Below are positions 9,968-17,638 of a stretch of 64,000 nt of DNA, one piece after another. The number at the start of each line of letters is the position of its first letter. Within the stretch, counting starts at the first letter, position 1. Below the pieces are notes generated by a model that saw only the letters and a program-made list of their open reading frames with translations, ran no database searches and was not told the DNA's origin. The DNA is from an uncultured Acidobacteriota bacterium (GTDB taxonomy: Bacteria > Actinomycetota > Acidimicrobiia > Spongiisociales > ZC4RG35), in assembly GCA_963828465.1 (NCBI GenBank), contig CAWHEU010000022.1:416001-480000 (forward strand), in the 5' to 3' direction. The translations under genes and the position numbers were made by a program.

Positions 9968-11209
9968 ATGAAGACACGGGCTGAATGGATTCTCGTTGTA
10001 GGGCTGATGCTTGGGCTCGTCGCCTGTGGATCTGATGCGAGCCCGGTATCAACCCGCTCCACGACAACGACCCCAAACACGTCATCGACATCGGGCCCAA
10101 CCACATCATCGACGACGGTCCCAACCACGGTTCCGACGACGCAGACATCGACTGTGCCGATTGAGCCTTTCCCAACTGCGGCGTTTGCAGCGATCAGCGA
10201 TGACCCCGTCGCAGAGGATGTTGCAGCGAAGTTCCTGGCGGCTCTGGATGGCATGGCCCCGGAAGGGGGGATCGCAGCCACCGTGATGACGCCCGAGGGA
10301 ACCTGGAGTGGGGCGGCGGGCACCGCCGACGGCGTGCACGATCTCGAGATCGACAGCCAGTTCGGCATCGCGAGCGGCACAAAGCCGATCATCGCGGCCC
10401 AGGTCATGCTGCTCGTGGAGGCGGGGGAGGTCTTGCTCGACGCACCCGCCACCGACTACCTCCCTGCCGATTTCACCTTCGACACCAACGGAGCAACGAT
10501 CCGCCAGCTCCTGAGTCATCGCTCCGGAATCCCGGACTGGTACGACGCGGAGAGCTTCGCGGTGGACAGGAGTCGGGTCTGGGAGCTCGACGAGATCCTC
10601 GCGCTTGTTCCGGCGGCTCGCCGTCCCGTCGGCTCCTTTGAATACGCCGACACCAACTACAACCTGCTCGGGCTCGTCATCGAGCACGTTCGCCAGCGAC
10701 CGCTAACCGACGTCCTGCGCGATGTAGTCCTTCGTGTCGAAGGGACGGAGCGGCTCATCTACCAGCCCGACGAGGCACCAACCGACCCGATGGCCATGCC
10801 GCGGGGCGAGTCGCGCGACGCGCTCAAGCAGGGCGGCGGCTACCTGCCATCTATCTCGGATACGATCGACGGAGCTGCGGGCGCCATGGCGTCAGATTCG
10901 ATCTCGCTCGCACGCTGGTGGCGGGCGTTCTGCGCCGGTGACATCGTTTCGGAAGCCTCGCTGACCGAGATGGCGGCGTTCTACGACAACGTCGCGTCCG
11001 AGTTGCCGGTCGATTATGGGCTCGGGCTGTTCAATCCCGCGGAGCTAGCGTCCGTCAAGGCCGTGGGGCACCTCGGTGCGAATTTCGGCTACAAGTCGTC
11101 GGCCGGGTGCCTGACCGAGGACCCCCTGATCTTCGTCGTGCTGACAAATCAGGACCTCAACAGCTTCGCTCTAGCCACTCCGCTGCTCATGGCGGCGCGC
11201 TCGGAGTGA
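9968..11209 (+). CDS. Lipoprotein serine hydrolase (beta-lactamase/DD-peptidase family)
   Basis: Lipobox LVAC, Thr-rich linker, F.IASGTK (SxxK), LLSHRSGI, FEYADTNY.LLG, GHLG. Confidence 0.88.
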   Translation: MKTRAEWILVVGLMLGLVACGSDASPVSTRSTTTTPNTSSTSGPTTSSTTVPTTVPTTQTSTVPIEPFPTAAFAAISDDPVAEDVAAKFLAALDGMAPEGGIAATVMTPEGTWSGAAGTADGVHDLEIDSQFGIASGTKPIIAAQVMLLVEAGEVLLDAPATDYLPADFTFDTNGATIRQLLSHRSGIPDWYDAESFAVDRSRVWELDEILALVPAARRPVGSFEYADTNYNLLGLVIEHVRQRPLTDVLRDVVLRVEGTERLIYQPDEAPTDPMAMPRGESRDALKQGGGYLPSISDTIDGAAGAMASDSISLARWWRAFCAGDIVSEASLTEMAAFYDNVASELPVDYGLGLFNPAELASVKAVGHLGANFGYKSSAGCLTEDPLIFVVLTNQDLNSFALATPLLMAARSE

Positions 11210-11367
11210 CCTGTAAACGACGTCCGCGAGCCATCATCCGCCGCGTGACTGTCCGATCCCGCCTCGACTCGGCGAGCGGGAACGCTGGTCGAAAAATGAC
11301 ACAACACCGATGGACAAGTCTCATCACGGTTTCCACCAAAACGACACATTGCGGGCCCGCCAATCGT

Positions 11368-11550
11368 TCAGTTGATGGAGCGTCGGGCGTCGGCGAGGAG
11401 ACGCCGGTAGACGACGTCGGAGATGCGCCGTTTCAGCGCCCGGATCGCTTCTTTGCTGGTCTTTCCCTCGGCGAGCTTCTTTGGTGGTAGTCCCGGCCTT
11501 CGCCGGGGTAGCGGAGCTGGGTGACTGCGGCGATGTGGTGGGCGTGATCG
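11368..11550 (-). pseudogene. IS110-family transposase C-terminal remnant (frameshifted)
   Basis: Two frames join to HIAAVTQLRYPGEGRDYH..KKLAEGKTSKEAIRALKRRISDVVYRRLLADA, typical of actinobacterial IS110 C-termini. Confidence 0.75.
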
Positions 11551-11684
11551 ATGCAAACAGTCTGGGATTCTGACTTCGGAGCCACTTTTCGCCTCCTGGG
11601 CGGAGGTCTCGGCGATGTCTGATTAGAAAAATCGTTGTAGCGCGATTCGTGTCTTCTGGCCTTTACTTGTCTAAAGGAGCAGAT

Positions 11685-12149
11685 GTGGTGCTTGCCCGAC
11701 ATCTCGACGAATCGTTCACGGCCTTCGTGAAAGAGACCGAACCTCGGCTGCGGCTTGCGTTGGTAGCAGCATTTGGCCAGGACCGGGGCCTTGACGCCAC
11801 CGCGGATGCTTTGGCTTACGCCTTCGAGAACTGGGATCGGATTGAGAGCATGGAGAACCCTGCTGGGTATCTCTATCGGGTCGGGAGAAGTCGCGCTCGC
11901 TTCGCGGGTATCCGCCCCAGGTTTGCCCCGGTGCCCGTTGAGGACGCTCCGAATGTGGAGCCGGGTCTGCCCTCCGCACTGCGAAGACTGTCGGAAAAGC
12001 AGCGGGTCGCAGTGGTCATGGTTCACGCCTATGGGTGGTCCCGTGAGGAGACGGCTTTGTTGATGGGCTTGACGATGTCCACTGTGGACACCCATCTGCA
12101 GCGCGGCTTGTCCAAATTACGAAATGTGTTGGGGGTGACCCATGCCTGA
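11685..12149 (+). CDS. ECF (SigE-like) sigma-70 factor 3
   Basis: SD AAGGAG before GTG 11685; FTAFVKETEPRLRLAL, DALAYAFENW, NPAGYLYRVG, region 4 STVDTHLQRGLSKLR. Confidence 0.9.
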   Translation: MVLARHLDESFTAFVKETEPRLRLALVAAFGQDRGLDATADALAYAFENWDRIESMENPAGYLYRVGRSRARFAGIRPRFAPVPVEDAPNVEPGLPSALRRLSEKQRVAVVMVHAYGWSREETALLMGLTMSTVDTHLQRGLSKLRNVLGVTHA

Positions 12150-13671
12150 TCTGAACACTCAGCTCCGTGAATATTTCGATGCCACCGCTCCGCCCTTGGA
12201 GGTCGAGGAGGTCGTCGGTGACGAGGTCTTGGTTCCTGGCGGGAGAAAGACGCGATCGAGGAGATGGACTGCCCCGGGCTGGGCATACGGGCTGGCAACC
12301 ATGGTGGTGGTCCTGGTGCTCATTTTGGGACTCGCCCTGCTGCTACCGGGCGGGAATAACGACGTGGTCGAGCCGACCCCGACAACGGTGGTTCCGGAGC
12401 CCGAGACCATGTCCGATTTCGAAGTGATCGAAGCTGGCGTGGCTGCCCTCTACTCCGGGGACGCCGAGCGGGCTGTCGAACTATTCGGGATCGAAGATTC
12501 CCCGGTTTGGAGATGGCAGGGCGGTGGTGATGACGAAGCTCAGATACGCGACGACGATCTGATACGCCAGGAGGCGGCCTATCAGGCGGCCATCGGCGGA
12601 CGGCTGACCCTCAATTGCACTGAACTGGTGAACACGCCCGGGATGTTCACCTGCAATGTGCCGTACCACAACGCTCTTACGGATGCAGTGGGCTACATCG
12701 ACTCCCCAGGGGACCAGATTGATGTCGTGGTCCAAGAAGGCGTGATCACCCAGTTTGCTCTTCCGAACGCCCTCGTCCAAGGGTTCGCCCACACGTTTCC
12801 TGAGCACAATTTCCTCCTGCGGACGGTGGTGTCCTTCCTCAGAGAGGAAGTCGAGGGCTCTGAAGGCTGCTGGGATTTTCCAACGGACTTCTTGCCGACC
12901 GTTATACGGACTCCCGACTGCGCCAACCTGATCATGGACAATCTCGACGACTGGGCCGCCTGGTACGAGGTGAACGAGCCGACGCCGACAACCCTGGTGA
13001 ACGAGCCGACGCCGACAACCCTGGTGAACGAGCCGACGCCGACCACGGTCCTAACAACCGTGCCCACCCCGACCACGGTCCTAACAACCGCCCCCGAAGT
13101 TGAGGCAACGTCCTCGGAAATATCGATTGCGCTCGCGTTCTTTGACGCCCGCAATGCCTACGACGTGGAGGCCGCCACAGCATTGTTCAACCCCGACGCC
13201 CACATTTACGGAGGGGACTTCATCACCGGCGTCGATATGTACCCGGCCCTCTTCGACTGGCTGCGCGCCACTGGCTGGCAGTGGATGGTTGGTGAGTGCT
13301 CTATGAAATCAGGGGACGCCAACACGGAGTGCGCCTATCACGTTGAGAACGCATGGAGTCGCGCCATTGGTATTCCGCCTGTGCCGGGTGTCATCGCCTT
13401 CGAGATCTGGGAAGGGGGGATGAGGTGGGTGCCTGATTTCGAGGTCGATCAGACCGATTTCAGTATCATGGGACGCGCCTCTGAACATCCTCAGTTCAAA
13501 AACGGTGAACTGGTCGAGGTGTGGGGGACGGTCACCGACTGGATCAGAGAAAATCACCCCACCGACGTGGAAGCGATGATCAGCCCGGACGGCTCTGCCC
13601 CAATTTTCGACGCCCGATCCATCGATCTATGGCGGATGTACACCCAAGAGTTCGTTGAGGCAGTCGGGTAG
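12142..13671 (+). CDS. Single-TM protein, putative anti-sigma/sensor 3 with two SnoaL/NTF2-like ectodomains
   Basis: Overlaps sigma 3 stop; TM MVVVLVLILGLALLL; IALAFFDARNAYDVEAATALFNPDA is SnoaL-like; the two domains are separated by a PT repeat. Confidence 0.75.
   Translation: MPDLNTQLREYFDATAPPLEVEEVVGDEVLVPGGRKTRSRRWTAPGWAYGLATMVVVLVLILGLALLLPGGNNDVVEPTPTTVVPEPETMSDFEVIEAGVAALYSGDAERAVELFGIEDSPVWRWQGGGDDEAQIRDDDLIRQEAAYQAAIGGRLTLNCTELVNTPGMFTCNVPYHNALTDAVGYIDSPGDQIDVVVQEGVITQFALPNALVQGFAHTFPEHNFLLRTVVSFLREEVEGSEGCWDFPTDFLPTVIRTPDCANLIMDNLDDWAAWYEVNEPTPTTLVNEPTPTTLVNEPTPTTVLTTVPTPTTVLTTAPEVEATSSEISIALAFFDARNAYDVEAATALFNPDAHIYGGDFITGVDMYPALFDWLRATGWQWMVGECSMKSGDANTECAYHVENAWSRAIGIPPVPGVIAFEIWEGGMRWVPDFEVDQTDFSIMGRASEHPQFKNGELVEVWGTVTDWIRENHPTDVEAMISPDGSAPIFDARSIDLWRMYTQEFVEAVG
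12969..13090 (+). repeat. In-frame tandem repeat (27-bp x ~2.8, then 22-bp x2 at 30-bp spacing) encoding a Pro/Thr linker
   Basis: GGTGAACGAGCCGACGCCGACAACCCT repeated, then CCGACCACGGTCCTAACAACCG twice. Confidence 0.92.
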
Positions 13672-13801
13672 TCATCCTCGACCCTGACTCACCGAAGGAT
13701 ATTGGGCTAAGAACGCCAGGTCAGAGCACCTCTCTCCATCTCGATTGGTAAGAACGTGTCAAGCACAGTGGCCCTCGTGGGGGCAGAGGCGCTATCTGTC
13801 C

Positions 13802-13980
13802 GCACTTCGTGTGTAGCCATTTGTGTAGCCGTACGTACCCGGACAGGACAACACCAGACAACACGACAGATCGAAATTCGTAGACAGGACAGCACCAAAC
13901 AACACGTACCGGGACTGGACAGACGAGGTGGGCGGGACTGTTAATCCATTGGTTGTAGGTTCGAGTCCTACCCGCGGAGC
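13802..13980 (+). repeat. attR-like site copy 2: 133-bp arm + 46-bp tRNA-Asn 3' core
   Basis: Direct repeat of 7197-7375; core 13935-13980 identical to the tRNA 3' half. Confidence 0.92.
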
Positions 13981-14028
13981 CGGGATGCGCGACCTGGTGC
14001 ATCCAAGAGGCCTCCCGCTAGACCGGGG

Positions 14029-14283
14029 GTGAACATGACAGAGACATTGGAACATAGAGACAAGGTCCAGCGCAGTTTGGAGGACATCCATAGGTCGCTG
14101 GTGGCGGTATCGATGAAGCTGGCACAGCTTCAACTCGATGATGAAATCGACACCGAGCTGGGTAACGCCCTGGAGGAACAAATGACGGCCCTGGCACCGC
14201 TCACAGACCGCCTCGAGAGTCTCGAATCCGAATTTCAGATGGAGACCAACCGCCTGACAAACGAGGGAGAACTCCAGGGTTGA
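14029..14283 (+). CDS. Small acidic coiled-coil hypothetical protein
   Basis: Heptad-like L/E-rich composition, natural-looking sequence. Confidence 0.55.
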   Translation: MNMTETLEHRDKVQRSLEDIHRSLVAVSMKLAQLQLDDEIDTELGNALEEQMTALAPLTDRLESLESEFQMETNRLTNEGELQG

Positions 14284-14456
14284 GGGTGTTTAGTTCGGCT
14301 CGCTCGCGGTAGTCCTTCACGCCCGACTGCATCCATCGGGCGGACACGCCCGGTCGGCCTTCCTCCACCCGCTTCGAGAGTACGCAAGAAGATTCCACGT
14401 TTCGCGTCGGCAAACAGTGGGAATAGTGAGGCGGACCCCGGATTCGAAGAGCGCTG

Positions 14457-14789
14457 ATGACCACAGTTGACGACAGATATGACCTGACCGTCATCTCGAC
14501 GACGCCGTATCACGGGACTGCAGAATTGATCGGTCGGGACGGTCGGGTTGTCGACAGGGTCGCGGCGAGTCTGTTCGCGCGTCGGCCGCCTGGGATCAGC
14601 TTGGGATCGTGGGGTGGTCAGATCCAGGCACTCGAGTTCAATGAATCCGATTGGGGCAATGCGGAAACTATCCGTCTGAGCAACGGGGTGGAAGCCAGGA
14701 TAGTTCTCGAGCGAGAGACGAATCACCCGACCGATGTGGGCCTACACCGCACCGGAACACTCGTCGGTTTGGGGTCCCCGCCTTTCTAA
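14457..14789 (+). CDS. Hypothetical protein
   Basis: 110-aa ORF with globular beta-rich composition, ends G.GSPPF. Confidence 0.55.
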   Translation: MTTVDDRYDLTVISTTPYHGTAELIGRDGRVVDRVAASLFARRPPGISLGSWGGQIQALEFNESDWGNAETIRLSNGVEARIVLERETNHPTDVGLHRTGTLVGLGSPPF

Positions 14790-14962
14790 GGCCGTCGATT
14801 CCCGGCGATTCGGCTTCTTCTGCACGCGCGGGGCAACGGGTCGCGAAAATCGACGTTGTCCGACGACTCAATTTCGACCGCCAACGCGACGATGACTCCT
14901 TTTAGAGGTGGGGGTTTGGGCATTTCAGACGGCGTTGGCGTCTGCTCGGTTCACCCTCCCGA

Positions 14963-15184
14963 ATGATCTTCGGTAAAGAGGTTGGATCGATGACCCTGAT
15001 GCACATGGCCCTGGGAGCCTTGACTTCCATCTTCGGAGCGCACCTGTCATGGGCCGTGACCGACCTGATAATCAAGCGAAAGCGTGAAGGGCGCAGCGTC
15101 GTCCTGCCGACCCTCCTCTCCGTGGCCGGCGTGATCGTGATCGTGGTGACCTGCGGCGTCGTCCTGTCGTCCACCCCCGTCTGA
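14963..15184 (+). CDS. Small two-TM membrane protein
   Basis: Two hydrophobic stretches separated by KRKREGR; start could be ATG 14990. Confidence 0.55.
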   Translation: MIFGKEVGSMTLMHMALGALTSIFGAHLSWAVTDLIIKRKREGRSVVLPTLLSVAGVIVIVVTCGVVLSSTPV

Positions 15185-15216
15185 ATCAAGTCGCGAAAAT
15201 TACCCCCGGTTCTGGT

Positions 15217-15301
15217 TTGACCGCTCGATCAGGTTGGGTATAGTTCCGATCTGAAGCCCCGACGGGTCGAAACTTCGGTTACGACTTGTTGGGGCTTCTT
15301 A
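15217..15301 (+). ncRNA. Putative small-RNA unit copy 1 (sigmaA-type promoter + 46-nt cUUCGg hairpin)
   Basis: TTGACC-N16-TATAGT then hairpin 15253-15298 with G-U pairs; duplicated 504 bp downstream. Confidence 0.5.
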
Positions 15302-15720
15302 AATTGCGGACACCGATCTGATGGATGCCGGTGAGGGTGGCCGCAATCTCCGACGCCGATAGAGGGCTCGTCGCATGGTGCGCCGACTTCGAACTCTGCG
15401 CCTCGATTCCCTGAAGCCGGGATCGATGACCCAGCGATCGAGGCCACCAGAAGGACCAGGCATCTCGAACTCAAATTACGAGCCGCTGGTAAACCGACTC
15501 CCTCGTCTGGGTAACGCGCCCATGAAATGAATGTGAAGCTCGGGTGCGCCCAGGACGCTCCGGGGTCCTTCGAGCGTGGTGTGGACCCCGGTCGCGTCCT
15601 GTCTCAGCAAGGCGGGAGGAGTTGCCTTGGATCAGGAGGGTGGTCCGACGACATGACAGCGAGGTTTCCGCCTGCCAGCAAACACGTGAAGATCGCCCGC
15701 AAAATCATCTCAATCCCGGT

Positions 15721-15805
15721 TTGACGCCCTGATGAGTTTGGGTAAAGTTCCGACCTGAAGCCCCGACGGGTCGAAACTTCGGTTGCGACTTGTTGGGGCT
15801 TCTTA
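15721..15805 (+). ncRNA. Putative small-RNA unit copy 2
   Basis: TTGACG-N16-TAAAGT then hairpin 15757-15802; 65/68 identical to copy 1. Confidence 0.5.
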
Positions 15806-16065
15806 TTTGTCTGCCCACACTCAAGTTCGAGATGTAGTCCTGCCGATATGGGGACATGTTGGAGTGGACGGGGGACCGGAGAGGGCCCCTCCAACATGTC
15901 GCCCTCCGGGTGCCACCATCGCCCGGGGGGTCGGCACGTCCGACCCGAGGCTCGATGAAGTCCAGCTAGGACCCGATTACCTGCCATCCTGTCCCCTTCA
16001 CGGCCTGGTGTAGGGGCAGATTGCTGTCTCGCCACCACCACAGTCAGGTCGACGAGAACTCGAGC

Positions 16066-17235
16066 ATGCCCCCAAGCCACCCAGCGAACAAGAATCGCCC
16101 CAGGTCGATGCGTCCCTTTGTCGTGGTCGCGACGTTGTCCGCAGTGCTGACTGCGAGCCTGTCTACTGGTACAGCCCTGGGAATATCTCGCGCAGAGGTC
16201 GACGAGGCCTGTGCCGACTCCCAGGAGGCATACGACATCTATCGCGGGGCCCGTTCCGACTTCGAGGTGGCGGCGGTCGCACTCGATGAGGCGAACGCCG
16301 AACTCGACGATGCGGAGTACCAGGAACAGCGGATCCGCAACGCCTTTGAGGCACGCCAGGAAGAGAAGGTGGAGTTGTCGACCCGAGTCGAGTCTCAAGC
16401 AGTCGAGCTCTACATGCAGGCCGCCTCCGGACCGTCGATGGGGATGGTCAGCCTTTCTTCACCCAGCGAAGCGCTGACCGCCTACGAGTTCCTTCGTGCG
16501 AATGCAGACCAGAGCATGCAATCTGTGAATGATCTTGCCGCCGTTTCCTCTGAGCTGGATCGATTGGGAGTGACCCTCGAAGCGGCTGTCGCAGACCTGA
16601 CCACCGCCCGCGATGTGCAGCAAGAGCAAACGGCGGACCAAGAGGCTGCGATGACGTCGGCGCTCGGAGCGTATGACGATCTGAGCGATCGATGCAGGGA
16701 ACTGCAGGCCGCATACGAGGCCGAACAGGCCCGTCTGCGCGCAGAGGCGGAAGAGAGAGCTCGTCAGCGTGCGGCGGCGGCGTCCAGTGCGGGATCAGGT
16801 GGTTCCGGAGGTGGTTCCACCGGTCCGATCATCGGCGGCATCATCTGCCCGTTCAGCCCGGGTCGGACGCATTTCAGCAACTCTTGGGGCGCCTCGCGAT
16901 CGGGTGGGAGGTCTCACAAGGGGACCGACATGATGGCTCCCCATGGCGAGCCCATATACGCCGTTGCCAGTGGCAGCATCAGCACGGGGAGCAGTGGCTT
17001 GGGGGGCATGACGATCTGGCTCTCCACCTCCATCGGGGCTTTCTACTACGCCCACCTCAGCGGGTTCGCGGTCGGGGACGGTGCCCGGGTCAGTCAGGGT
17101 GACTTGATCGCGTACAACGGAAGTACGGGGAACGCCTCCGCTAGCGCCCCCCACCTCCATTTCGAGATCCACCCTGGTGGACGAGGCTCCAGCGCCGTCA
17201 ATCCGTACAACGCGGTGGCCTCGGTCTGCTTCTGA
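16066..17235 (+). CDS. Secreted coiled-coil M23 peptidase (EnvC/MepM-like murein hydrolase); start uncertain (16066 or 16108)
   Basis: Signal peptide, long coiled coil, HKGTD (HxxxD), YYAHLS, HLHFE. Confidence 0.9.
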   Translation: MPPSHPANKNRPRSMRPFVVVATLSAVLTASLSTGTALGISRAEVDEACADSQEAYDIYRGARSDFEVAAVALDEANAELDDAEYQEQRIRNAFEARQEEKVELSTRVESQAVELYMQAASGPSMGMVSLSSPSEALTAYEFLRANADQSMQSVNDLAAVSSELDRLGVTLEAAVADLTTARDVQQEQTADQEAAMTSALGAYDDLSDRCRELQAAYEAEQARLRAEAEERARQRAAAASSAGSGGSGGGSTGPIIGGIICPFSPGRTHFSNSWGASRSGGRSHKGTDMMAPHGEPIYAVASGSISTGSSGLGGMTIWLSTSIGAFYYAHLSGFAVGDGARVSQGDLIAYNGSTGNASASAPHLHFEIHPGGRGSSAVNPYNAVASVCF

Positions 17236-17250
17236 CCCGGCCTCGGCGTT

Positions 17251-17439
17251 CTATTTCCTCCGCGCTCCTCGCCAAAGCAACGTGCCACCGGCCAGGACGG
17301 CGACCGCACCCAGCACCACCCACAGCGGGTCGCCGGTCATGAAACTCTGCGGGGCGAACTCGATGTCGAGACCCTGCAAGATCCAGATGACACCGATGAT
17401 GCCGAGAATGATCCCGAGCGCCTTGCTCAAGTCCCGCAT
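17251..17439 (-). CDS. Small two-TM membrane protein
   Basis: GVIWILQG...SFMTG..W motif and hydrophobic helices. Confidence 0.7.
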   Translation of the reverse strand: MRDLSKALGIILGIIGVIWILQGLDIEFAPQSFMTGDPLWVVLGAVAVLAGGTLLWRGARRK

Positions 17440-17494
17440 CGCTCGAACATAGCTCTTGACTCCGACACCTGCGCCAGCTGATAATCTTGCTCAC

Positions 17495-17569
17495 ATGAAG
17501 ACGGACCCGGCTTCGATCACGAGCGCCACGCCTCGGCGTTTCTTCGGGTTCGTCTATTTCGGCGCCTAG
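17495..17569 (+). promoter_or_regulatory. Phe/Tyr-rich leader peptide MKTDPASITSATPRRFFGFVYFGA (attenuator)
   Basis: 4 Phe + 1 Tyr clustered at the 3' end; TTGACT-N18-GATAAT upstream; 17529-17538 is complementary to the downstream SD region 17622-17631. Confidence 0.8.
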
Positions 17570-17638
17570 CGCCGACTCACCCCACCCCCGCGTTACTCCG
17601 TCCCTATCCACTCTTCAACCGCGCCGAGGCGAACACTC

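Larger units (their letters stand above)
7330..13980. mobile_element. Integrative unit 2 at tRNA-Asn (no intact integrase), 6,605 bp core-to-core
   Basis: Bounded by identical 46-bp cores; TGTAGCCA arm-like motif near both ends (7438, 13812). Confidence 0.75.

Noticed and set aside
9968-11209. Beta-lactam resistance gene
   Set aside because: Family-level serine hydrolase motifs only, with a divergent YxN; resistance function is not supportable.
11368-11556. Active IS110 / bridge-RNA element
   Set aside because: Only about 60 frameshifted C-terminal codons remain; no DEDD domain or recognisable full non-coding end.
12969-13090. CRISPR array
   Set aside because: Units are head-to-tail with no spacers and are in frame within a CDS; no cas genes in the window.
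15810-16060. c-di-AMP (ydaO) riboswitch before the M23 gene
   Set aside because: The expected conserved segments (GCUGAA, GGGGAAC, GUCAGC) were not found; kept only as unexplained structure.
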